A model generated the notes under the pieces. That model was not told the DNA's origin. It did not search any database and saw nothing but the letters and a program-made list of their open reading frames with translations. From Harriotta raleighana (taxonomy: Eukaryota), in assembly GCA_050575255.1 (NCBI GenBank), contig JBNZDD010013725.1:4685009-4749008 (forward strand): 64,000 nucleotides of DNA, given 5' to 3'. Of the stretch, positions 51,086 through 62,380 are shown piece by piece (the stretch's first letter is position 1; each line of letters begins with the position of its first letter). Made by a program: the position numbers and the translations under genes.

Positions 51086-53584
51086 CTTTAAAAATAAATC
51101 TTGTGAAGTATTCGAGACGTCTCGATGATGTGACAAAGCGTTATTTCAAAAGCAAGGCCAATTACCATCAAGTCCAATCGCCAACTGCACTGTGCAAGTA
51201 TGAACTGATCCCCTTTTGCCCATGACCACAACAGTGCTTTTAACCAAATGACTCTATGAATCAAACCATTCAAATCTTTGCACTGCATCCAATTTGCAGA
51301 AATTTGCCTTAGAAGTGTCTCTGAACTAAAGGCATTAACTCATCTCTAACCATCGGGGTTTCTGCAGTGAGAAAAGCCTGTCCAATTAAAACACATTAGG
51401 ACTGGGTCTGTAGTACAGCAGCAGAAATCTATACAGTATTAAAAAACGTGCCTGCTGTATATTTGTTTTGGAAAAAATTCAGTTCAGAAAATTACAAGGG
51501 CAAAATGGGCAAAATGAAAGTCTTAACTGCTCCTTTTGTTTAGAGTTAATCCAATATTGTGCCAACTGCTTTACTCACTGGTCCTAAAAGCAGTAGCTTC
51601 AGGCTCTATCTAAACAAGAAAATATTTCCAATTTACTGAGTTTGAGATTGGGCCAGAGATTATTTCAGCACAGAGATTCGGAGCACTTGGAAAGCTCTGA
51701 TGTTTCAATGTAGATAACGTGGAATAACTGTGGTCATTTTTGCCTGCCTCTCATCAGGCACAACGCTGATATTACAATTGAATGCTGTGTGGCTTACATC
51801 TTCACCCCAACCCCTTGTGAAAACAACAACAGTTGGAAATAAGAAGTAGTCCCAGAGGTCAGGAAATTTCAGATCTAAATGGCTGAAATTGAAATGTATT
51901 TTCCTCTCACCCCAATACTATACTCAATGAAACCATGTCTCACAATTGGGAATCTGGCTCACAGATCTGAACATTTGGTTAGTGTGTTAGCGACTTTCGT
52001 AAAGTCATAACCGCTCTAACCAGCAATAGAAAGAAGCTATTTAGTGAATAGAAGTCAAATGTGCTGCGTGGATTTAAGGATGTCAACAATGAGAAAGGTG
52101 TTAGTGGGGGAATTGGGGGGAGTGGGGGGTGGGTGGGGAAGTGAAGGGAAGGAGTGCCTTTTCCGATATTTTAGGAATTTCCATATTTAAACAGTTTGGG
52201 TGAATCTTTAAGTCATGGGAACATAAAAGGGTAGAAATGATAAAAAGATTAACTCCAGAGAAAAAAAATTTAATTACACTTTTGTTGCTGTTTAATGCCC
52301 AGCGCAGTCATTAATGCCAATAAATGATTCCTAGTTATTTTCAGCTTTAATATTCATATATTAACAAAAGGATCCCAATAATATTAACCCAAGATTGTAG
52401 GCTTACAAAGCTAGGCTCAAAGATGCAGTAAACTATAAAACAGACCAATTAAAGTCCTTTAAAGGCCTGCATGTGGTCCACGCTCGTGAGAAATATACTC
52501 ACCTCTCTGGGGTTGCGAGTGTTTTTAAAGCTTTATTCTGAACTTTAATAGTTACCAGAAGATCCCCTAATGGCTTGCGGTGTAGAGGCTTGGGTCTGTT
52601 AGTGGGAACCAAGAAAGGAACTGGGCCAAAACATGACGGTTTAGCTATAAAATTCCTCCAGCACGGTTTTACTACATTCAGATGTTACAAGAATGAAAAA
52701 AAAGGCCATCAGGCTTGCCTTGGTTGGCCTACTGTGCAGGATTTAGTGAGGTTCTTTCATCTCCATTGTGCTACACAGTCAAGTCCATCACCATGCACTA
52801 TTTTAGTAAACAAAGGCTGGGACAAGAGACAAAACAAAAGGACAAAGACCAGGCTAATCTCAAACACCACAGTAAATTACATCTATTACTGTGGGATGAT
52901 GCTGTGTGCAAATTGACTGCCACGTTTGCCAACAAGTATACTGTCACCACACTTTATAGTGAATCACACTTCGAAAGATACTTTGAAGCATCCTCCTGGC
53001 CTGAAAGGGCTATTTCAAATGTACAGATTATTTATTTTTCATGGACTGCAAATCGCAACCAAAATAATTTTACAAAGCGTATCAGAATATTATGATAATT
53101 CACTTTCTACTTAACTTCTGTAACTAAAGTAGAACCCTGTTACAATGTGGTAGTTGGGAGTTGGGAGGTGGGTGGGTGGGGGATCAGTAAAAAGCCAACT
53201 TGTCTTGTAACAGGGTGTATAGATTTTTTTTAAAAGGATGTTTCAAATACATAACGCTATATGAAAATGCAAAGATTATTATTAGAGTATTATCATCATC
53301 ATTACCTCTGGTCAGTTCTTCTGCAACATGAAGTGACTAATCACATTGGTTATGTCATTGGGCTTCAAACCTTGATGTTGTGTTTGCAAACAAGCCCTCG
53401 CGGACTGTTGTGTTTTGGAGTTGACATCACGATATGAAGTGTAATACGTGGCAATGGAGCCGGCTTTTTGTATACACATACCTTGCTTTTTTTTGTTAAG
53501 TACTAGAAACGTCAGTGTTAGCATCTTATAATCCAATCCGATTATAACAAGGAAACTACTGGAACTCAGAATCTTTTAACCAAC

Positions 53585-53766
53585 CTGTTTTGAAAACTTC
53601 GTAGCGGATGGAGAAGCCAGCTCCATGTGTTTCATAATCAGACACGAATTTCACAAACAACAGCGGCCCGGTGGAGATCTGAGGCGATGGTGCAATCTTC
53701 CCACAGAATTTGCCCAGAAGAGCTGCTTTCTCATCCCCACCATCCCGTACCTCCACATAGTCATAC
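53585..53766 (-). CDS. nrp1: Neuropilin-1 internal exon (equivalent to exon 3; C-terminal half of CUB1/a1 domain)
   Basis: Translates YDYVEVRDGGDEKAALLGKFCGKIAPSPQISTGPLLFVKFVSDYETHGAGFSIRYEVFKT. The SDYETHGAGFSIRYE motif is NRP1-type (NRP2 has SDYARQGAGFSLRYE). Acceptor tttttccctag|G, donor ACAG|gttg; 182 nt, phase 2 to phase 1. Confidence 0.97.
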
Positions 53767-54511
53767 CTAGGGAAAAAATACAGGCATCACCATTAGACCA
53801 CATTGGTTGACTGACATATCTCTAGTTACTTTTTTCACAATTACATTCCAAATCTGAAATTGAAACAGTTGTCACAGAGTTTAAAAGGTTTTGTGGGTTC
53901 AATTTGTACAAATGCATGGATTATTATTATTATTATTATTGTTATTATTATAAGGCATGATTGTATTTTAGGTTGACACGCCAACAGAATACTGGGGGAA
54001 CGCCACATTGTCAGAGGTGCTGTCTTTTTGATGAGACTTTAAACCTTCTGCCTCATTAAAACTCCATCATTCTATTTGGAAAATGAATGGAGTCCCTTCT
54101 TGCATTTTGGATGACAATTCTCCAAATTAATTGAACATTCTCTTGTTGCATTTGCTTGCAAACAGTCACTACACTTTGACACCACCCACTTCCAGAACTG
54201 CGATCGGTGTGCCTGTGTGACGCATTACTGGAAAGATTCAAGTCTTATAACTCGGGAGTCTTCATTACGGAATCTCATTCAGAAGCATCACAAAGTAGAT
54301 CCCTCACTCAACCCACGACTATTTGTAGGACACTGTTGCGCTCAATTTCGCCCATAAAATATACTCTTTACAATATATTCTGTGAAGTGCTTTGAAACGT
54401 CTCAAAGACGGGATAAGGCACTACATCAAATGCAAAGATTATTATCAAAAAATAAACCAAGATCTGCCAGCTGTGTGGCTGTCAAACTCTATGTTGGATT
54501 AATTCTAAGAA

Positions 54512-54864
54512 CAGTAAAACCCCGTTTATCCGGCACCCTCACTAATTGACTGTGACGGATAATCGGACGGCAAGTTGCCGAAAACCCAACATAAAAAATT
54601 AACTTATTTTAAAACATACCATGTTAATAATAAGACTTAATAGTAACAGAATATTGGATGGATATTTACCAATAAAGCATTCCAGCACACTCAGTAAGAA
54701 GATTGGTAAAAAAAAACAAGTTCGGAAATTTACTAAGTGCGCATGTGCAGGCATTGCTCGCATGCGCAAAGTGAGCAAACTCACGATTGCTGGAATGTGG
54801 AATTGCTCCGGGAGAGGGTCGAGCAATCCGGTTGATCGTATCACGGATAAACAAGGTTTTACTG
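54512..54864. mobile_element. Tigger/pogo-like MITE (353 nt)
   Basis: TIRs cagtaaaaccccgtttatccg / cggataaacaaggttttactg, 19 of 21 complementary. Confidence 0.8.
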
Positions 54865-55519
54865 AACATAACATTCAACCCAAAATACTCTCCCCAGATC
54901 CCAATGTAAAATAAAATCACACATGTACAATTAATTCCAAAAATGCAACAGAAAGCAACTGGTGGCTCCCGAGATGTGATGGTAATCAAAGCTACAAATT
55001 AAGAGGATGCTTTCCAGTCACATACCAGCAGGATGCACAATTACTGCTGTGAATTGACAGAGGGAATTGGTATATATTATCCATACATATATACATAGAT
55101 CTAATATCACACAAAAAAAAACTATGCAATCCACCAGTGATTGGTGTAGGATGTTATCTTGTCTGATTTGCTTCTGCTGCTTCCCAGAACACGTGAACAC
55201 AATCGGATATTTTAAAAAGTCACTTGGTTTCTTGCAGTCCTCTTGCAAACCACTTTATAGTGTATCGCCTAAAACAAAGTCAAGGTGACCCCAGACACCA
55301 GACTAATGAAAGAACAACCTAAGAAGTTTACAGACAGCAACCTTGAACCACCAGAAATGTTAACACACTGAGAGACGTGACCCGCAATCTAACAGACCAG
55401 TGGCATAACAACAGAGTGTATCACACAGTTAAAGCTACTGAAGCTGTAAAACTCTCCATCGGGTCATCACTCACCATCCACTGCACCACTTTAGAATAAT
55501 AATAGGAATATATAATTCT

Positions 55520-55708
55520 ATATCAAATAATCCTAATTTGATATAGCACTTTTCACATCTTCTAGATGTCTCAAAGTGCTTCACAGAATATACTGTAAAG
55601 TGAATCGACTGTATATTTGTCGGCAAAATTCAGCAGCCAAATGCACAGGAGTGTCTCACAAACAGTCGTGGATTGAAATTACCAATTTATTTTTTCTAAA
55701 GGGATTAT
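55520..55708 (-). mobile_element. Young SINE 3' half
   Basis: gatatagcacttttcacatcttctagatgtctc..aacagtcgtggattgaaat. Confidence 0.8.
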
Positions 55709-55709
55709 A

Positions 55710-56290
55710 TGGGGGAGAAAGGATCATTGAGAGTCGAACAAGATACTTAGAATCCTGATGGGCTTGGTGAGGTGAGAGTGTGCATCCATGGATGCTGGTG
55801 CTACCAATGCCTGTGGCGCTGGCTTGAGTCAATCAGCAGGTCCTCAGTCTTGCTGGCTTTCAGCTGTGGAAAGCTGTTTCTCATCCAAGAGTTGATGTCT
55901 GACAGGCAGTCTGTTAGGACGCCAGTTGTCTGTAAATCAAGGGTAGAATCAGAGAGAAAGAGTTGGGTATCATCCGCATACATGTGGAAGTTGACCCCAT
56001 GTCTGCATATGATGTCACCAAGGGGGAGCATGTAGAGATTGAAGAAGAGGGGACTAAGGACAGAGCCCTGAGGAACACTACATGAGATGGTCTGTGGGCT
56101 GGAAGAGAACCCGTTAGCGGAGACATATTGCATACGATGTGAGAGATAACACCTAAAACCAATCCAGGCAGAATCTTGAAGGTTGAGGTGAGAAGAAAGA
56201 TGGTGAAGTAGGATTGAGTGATCCACAATGTCGAAGACAGAAGAGGGAGCCCAGGTCGCAGTTGGACAAGATATCGTTTGTGACCAGTTT
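55710..56290 (-). mobile_element. L2 LINE reverse-transcriptase fragment
   Basis: VPQGSVLSPLFFNLYMLPLGDIICRHGVNFHMYADDTQL (PQG and YADD motifs). Confidence 0.93.
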
Positions 56291-58823
56291 CCGTGCTCTA
56301 GTCACGGAATTGCAGTTCAATGCCCTGGAACATCCTCCCAACATGATAGGCGCTGTACAAAAGTAAGCCTGTTGTTGTCGTTCTGCACAACACCAATTGA
56401 TTCTGCCCCTATGGCAGATAGAGGAAGGATATTTTACATTTTCAGAACTCTCTTTATGTGAAGCAATATTTTCTAATCTTAGTTCTAACCATCCTAGTTC
56501 TAAGTATCCTTCACCCTTTTAAATGGTGAAGGGTGTTTGGCATAAACATGATAAAGGCTACTGCAGGGTACTGGAGAGTGACAAGCAGCATGGAACCTTC
56601 AAGAAGAGAAAATACTGAAAGGGGATTGTCCTTGGACTCTGTTTCACAAGACAGCACAATAATCAGAGTCTTGGAACAAATACAGTACTTCTTATCACAT
56701 GCTGAAAAAATTCAACTGCAACAGCTTAAATGAAGGAAAACTCAACATGTGTGAAATACAGGCTCTAATGCCAATAATAGTAGTAATGCCAAACAACAGC
56801 GGTAGTGAAGGGAGACAGAAACTTGTGCTATGAAATCGTAGCAGTGAGAGTAGATGTGGTGATACACAGGTTCAAAATAAGCTACTAAAAGGTTAGCAAA
56901 AGATAGCTAGCAGAACATCAAAAATTAACAGCTAGAAGACAAGAACTTGGAGGTGGAAATTGGAATATCCATTACACAAAAATGTAATTGCTGCCTAGTA
57001 CTTCCATTTTTTGGGGGTGAAACGTGTGTTTTTTCCAATCATTATACTTTATAATATATCTTGTGAACTCCCCATGTCCAAGGTTCTTACACCAAATGTA
57101 AGAATTATTAATATTATTGCTATATCCATCCCAGCGATAATTACTGAAGTGGATACNGGGGGTGAAACGTGTGTTTTTTCCAATCATTATACTTTATAAT
57201 ATATCTTGTGAACTCCCCATGTGCAAGGTTCTACATCAAATGTAAGAATTATTAATATTATTGCTATATCCATCCCAGTGATAATTACTGAAGTGGATAC
57301 TTCAGTAATTCTTANCCCAGCGATAATTACTGAAGTGGATACGTTCAGAAATTCTTAATTTTCCAGCCTAAAATTTCCAAACTGAAAATTCCAAAAACAC
57401 AGTTTATTTCTTCTCTATTTTAATTAGAAAATCTTTGGTAAAAGAAATATCAAATGTGAGGATATGAAGTTGTAAAAATCAGAGCTCTCCCAGCCCAGTG
57501 GAGCAGGCGGGCCACCTAAAGAGGCATGTTTCTAAATTCTTATTAACTTGAACAATAACTCCTCCATTACCACATAATTGCAGATTGACTGAAAGGGCAC
57601 TTTCCATTAGTCAGCTGAAAGTAAATATTTATTTTTAAAAATTGTGCGTGCACAATAGACAAAATAGGCGCGCACTTATTAAAGCGCGCATGCGCACATG
57701 ACGTCAGTGACGTAAATGTGATGTCAGTGACGGGCTCCTGAGGAAAATAACACTACTCGCGAGGGTAGTGTTAAGGATCTCTGGGAAGAGATGCGCAGAT
57801 TGCAAAAAACGGACTGTCGCAGATGCCGGACTATAAGGTTTTCCAGAGTATCAGGTGCCGGATGAAAGGACTTTCTGGTGATAACAACCTTACATTAATA
57901 TAAACAGACTTCAATTGTAGCCTTAGGCATCCTGATATCAATTCTTACTTACTGCTTCCAGACACATAAGCTTAATTCCTTCTTGTCCCCATTGAGAGTT
58001 TCTCGCTAAGAACTGATTTGCCACAAAAGAAGCTTTATATCCTGGACGATGGTACAAATGTAAAAGCTCTTTGTCAAGATGATATAACATGCAGTGAATA
58101 ATATATATGCCGATAAGACTCCAGAGGCCTAAAATTCTTCATGGTCTGTACCGTACAAAGTCGTGCGATAAACCAGCTTCTGAAATAAGACAAAATGTAA
58201 GAATTTTATCAAATTCTATAGAATATTAAAATTTGAAGATAACAAGACAATGAGAAATGTCAAGCCCTGTCTTGTGATGTTACATACTGAACCTTCCAGT
58301 ACTAGATAGCCATGGGCCTTCCTTATTAACTGTTCAACTATGGGATCCATCACATGCCATTCCTAAAAATGTAGCTAACTTCTTTATCATGGGATTCCCC
58401 TTCATGAAGACTGAATCAAAAGATGCCTTATTTTTAGCGATCAGCATTAAAATAGACTTTCATGTTACACTGGCTCAATTATACAACTATGTTCTTTCCT
58501 CACCGAATAAAAGAAAATGGTCTTTTCTATAAAACAGGAAAATAAAGACAAAGGTCAGTACATAAGAGAAATAACAAACAGAACAGATGGAAACCAATTA
58601 GTGATTATGGAAGTGTGAAGTGGGATGATTGGCTGAGTTGACTTGTTTCAATGTACCAAATTGATTCTTAATTGAACTTATTCTCTTTTACAATCAGTAA
58701 ATTCATAGGAAGAGAAAAAAATTAATTTAGAAATCTATTGAGTGCATTCTATATAATAAATACAATGCATGGATTGTTCATTCAACACAGGATTCTTGCA
58801 TTTGCAGTGAATATACTGTAGCT

Positions 58824-58919
58824 TATTTCATGTTGGGAGGATGTCTCACAGGATTTGTGAAGTCTAGTGACCTCACTAGACTTCACAAATCCTGTGAGAC
58901 ATCCTCCCAACATGAAATA
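58824..58919. repeat. Perfect inverted repeat, 47-bp arms, 2-nt spacer
   Basis: tatttcatgttgggaggatgtctcacaggatttgtgaagtctagtga-cc-tcactagacttcacaaatcctgtgagacatcctcccaacatgaaata. Confidence 0.97.
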
Positions 58920-60449
58920 GGTATTTTGTACACAAACAAATGGTTTGTGTAGGGCTACAGTTTAATAATAATCCTTGCATTTGATAGAGCGTCTTATCAC
59001 ATCGTTAATACTTCTCAAAGCGCTGATCAGAATATATTGTAAAGTTGATTGACTATGGGTGAAACAGTCTCTAGATTTTGATGATCTTCATAAAATTGCT
59101 TAAATTTCTGTCTTGTAGAATATGACGTTAGCCGAATGGCTGATTGAATTAATGTTTTCTAACTCACTGCCAGACGTTCATTATTCTATATGAAACAGTG
59201 GGGTAACTGTGTGCTCAATTTCTAGTTCCAATGACTTATTAAAAAAACAAGAGCCGACTGTAATGGAAAGTGCCCTTTCAGTCGATCTGCAATTATGTGG
59301 TGATGGCGGAGTTTTCGTTCAAGTTAATAGGAATTTAGAAACAATAACATCTCCCTGCAGCTCCTTTAATCATTGTTGGTGATTAAATCCCATTTAATAC
59401 AAAGTTTGCACTACAAATATACAGTCATTCTATATGTCATATCATGCTGAGGTAATATGTCTTTACATTGAACCAAAGCACTAAAACATGTCAGGATGAA
59501 GGACAGGCTTATGCTGCTTTGTGTACTAAGGGCTGAATTTGTTGAGGTGGGCTCACTATCACTGCTCTGTTCGAGACATCTCCTGACACTGAATATTCAC
59601 GTCCACTGTTCCTTAGGACTCTGTCTTTAGCCCTTTTCTCTTCTCATCTACATGCGCCCACGTGGTGACATCATTTGCAGACCTGAAGGTTATCCTATTA
59701 TTTATCTAATTGGAGCTTCCAATGGCTTATTAGATAGACCCATTACAAGGTATGAAATCCGCTGTCCATGGAAGGTCCAAGATTCTTTACCTTAGGGGTG
59801 AAATTCCACCTGGTTCTACTTACAGATTTTTCCGTAGCATTTTAGATCATGCAAAATTTGGGCAATTATTAAGTTAGCTGTAATTTTGAAGCCAACCTTC
59901 GATAATTCTTTAAAAAAAACCAGAGAAACAGCTTTAAAATTCAGAGTGAATTTGCACGCTCTAAAAAATTTGAGAAAAATATCTCGAGTCTAGACTGAAT
60001 TTTTCCCCTGGCTGTATTGTAACGACAATTGGATTTGGAGCAAGAAACAAGCGGTTTCTGTTTGCAATAGCAATTCAGTGATCCCTGCTGGATAGTTCAT
60101 GTGTACAGACATTGGCTAAAGATAGGTTCAAACTTAGTTCTGATACTCCCACAGTTCCACAGCACAGCACTCTTCAGTTTACATACACATGTGAAGCTGA
60201 CTACGTCACGACTGACAAATCTTGTCCAGTCCTGGGCATGTTCTGCGTTGTAGGGCGGTGTTGTCCTTCAGATAAGATGTTAATTTCAGATTCTACCCAT
60301 CTATTTCATGCAAGGAGGATGTCTCAAAGCACTTCACAATATTAGCTGTAAAGTTTAATGACTTCCCATTTTGCAGTGAAGTAGAGAAGAAAATAAGACG
60401 AAAATCTTTCCAATCTAAGGTAACATAATTCTCAATATCATCTATGTTT

Positions 60450-60872
60450 GCTGGCTGACTCAGTTGGTAGCACTCTTGCCTCCACATCAGAAAATTGTGA
60501 GGTGAAGTGCCAGATTGGACAAGGCCTCACGACTGACACTCTTGTCCAGTCCTGGGCATATTCTACGTTGTAGGGAGATGTTGTCCTTCAGATAAAATGT
60601 TAATCTGAGATTCTGTCTGTTCAGACGAAGATTAAAGATCCATGGCCTATTCAAAAAGAGAAGAGAGCTTCTTCTGGTGTCCTGGCCACAATCCCTTTGA
60701 TAAAATTGGGCTTTATTTTCATGCCTCTTTATTGGACATTTCTGTGCACAAATTGGCTGTTCAGTTTACCCACAAAACACACACAGTCACTCCACTTTAC
60801 AGCAAGCATTTTGAGACGTCCTCTCCACTTGAAAACTGCTGTATGAAATGTAAGAGTTATCATTATTATTTA
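60450..60872 (+). mobile_element. Old Deu-domain SINE
   Basis: tgactcagttggtagcactcttgcctc head; taaagatccatggcctattc..ggtgtcctggcca core; tail. Confidence 0.8.
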
Positions 60873-61416
60873 TGATTAATTTATCTGGAACGAGAAAGGG
60901 CCACTCCAGCTAAAGAACAAGAAAAGGTTGAGACTAAGTTCCAATTACTACAGCAATAATTGAATTACATTTTTACTATAGTTTATCCTGTTTGTACTCC
61001 ACATTAGTGACATAAGCAAAATCCCAGATGGTAACCAATGGAAACAGCACTTAGCAATTGGTGAGCAGGACTCGGGAGTGCCTCAGTCGCGCCCCTTCAT
61101 AGAATACGAACAGGCAGACTTCCCCACTTGTGGAGAAACAGGCAGCATAGCCACACAAAATTGAAAAAGATTGTATAATTGATAAAATGTTTCACCGGCC
61201 AGAAGGCAGCTTCATTAAGTGTAAATATCACCAACTGACTCCCCCAAAAATTGAAAGAACGGAGGTGGGAGGTCACATTTACGAGCCCACCTCACTATTG
61301 TTTAAATGGCAACAGAAAGCTCCACAACATAGCTTAGATGTGACTGACTAGCTTGACATTTTACTGCCCGTTTCATCTTATTCTCCTTTATTTATGCATG
61401 TTATTTGCCTCCTCTC

Positions 61417-61464
61417 GGTAGCTATCCTTTACTGTATTGTGCTATACAGTAAAGGATAGCTACC
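61417..61464. repeat. Perfect inverted repeat, 21-bp arms, 6-nt loop
   Basis: ggtagctatcctttactgtat-tgtgct-atacagtaaaggatagctacc. Confidence 0.97.
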
Positions 61465-62204
61465 CTTCCAATGAAATATCACAGAGGTGCTCATAGAACA
61501 ATAAACAATACTTTCTCTCAATATAGCAGTCTTATCAAGTCAAAACGTCTCAAAGAGTTTAACAAATCATGTTACGATAAAGTAATTTACCGCGAGGACT
61601 GGTCTGCGGGCAAGAAATACAAAAGATTGGTTTAATTGATGTACCAAAGTAATAAAAGCCAAAATAAATTAAAAATCGTTCTGATATGTCACATTCTAAC
61701 TGAAGAAATGCCACTGTTCAGTTTTTATTTGTAGTTGATCCTGCTTTGGGAGCAGAAAAAAGGTGAAAATCCCATCAAATAATTGAGCCACGCACGCCAC
61801 AGCTAAAATCCCATAATGAAATTGAATTGTAGAGCTTGCAAGGGGTTCTAAAACCCTCTTTATAGAAATAATGGGAATCTCCAATAGCAAAATGAACTCT
61901 CACCTTAGAACTAACCCCAAATTGAAAATAAACTATAACCATAGCATTAGTGGTACCATAATGCTGCAGAAGCTTATTGTCAGCACCTAATGAATCCTTT
62001 TCCATGAGCAGGTAGCAAAGAAAGCAGCTTACGGCCAGAGCGAGAGAGAGAGACAAAAAAATCACAATGTCAATACAATCCCTTTCAAGATATTGTTCAT
62101 TCTTTTTTTGCCCAGTTGGAGATTGGAGACCAGAAAACAAGGCACTTAATGTACAAAAGGGAGTGGGGGAAAAATATGAGTGTGGTGCTCGAAATGTCTT
62201 AAGT

Positions 62205-62380
62205 AAAAGCAGAGGACACCTGAAATACACAGCAAGTCAATCTCAGAGAGAGTAAGAGAGGTTACCGTTTCGAGTGTAATGGGTTCTGATGAAGCATTGC
62301 AGCCAAACATTTATTTCTTCTCTTTTTAGTCTCCCGTCGACCCGCTGTGCATTTCAGACATTTTCTGCTCTTATTTCACA
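62205..62380. mobile_element. Degraded Penelope-like-derived palindromic repeat
   Basis: gcagagga..tgaaatacacagc / gctgtgcatttca..ttttctgc arms; ctgatga at 62286. Confidence 0.5.

Larger units (their letters stand above)
42064..53584 (-). other. nrp1: nrp1 intron (11,521 nt) between the exon 3 and exon 4 equivalents
   Basis: GT..AG boundaries; the join gives ..VFKT/G-PEC.. Confidence 0.9.

Noticed and set aside
53585-53766. Assignment of the exons to NRP2 or another CUB protein (cubilin, tolloid)
   Set aside because: Diagnostic residues (SDYETHGAGFSIRYE, SPGFPEKYPN, DRLEIWDGFP) and the exon phase pattern fit NRP1.
59794-60009. Possible PIF/Harbinger-like MITE (aggggtgaaattc ... gaatttttcccct)
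   Set aside because: TIR match is short and imperfect and the TSD is not duplicated; insufficient to call.
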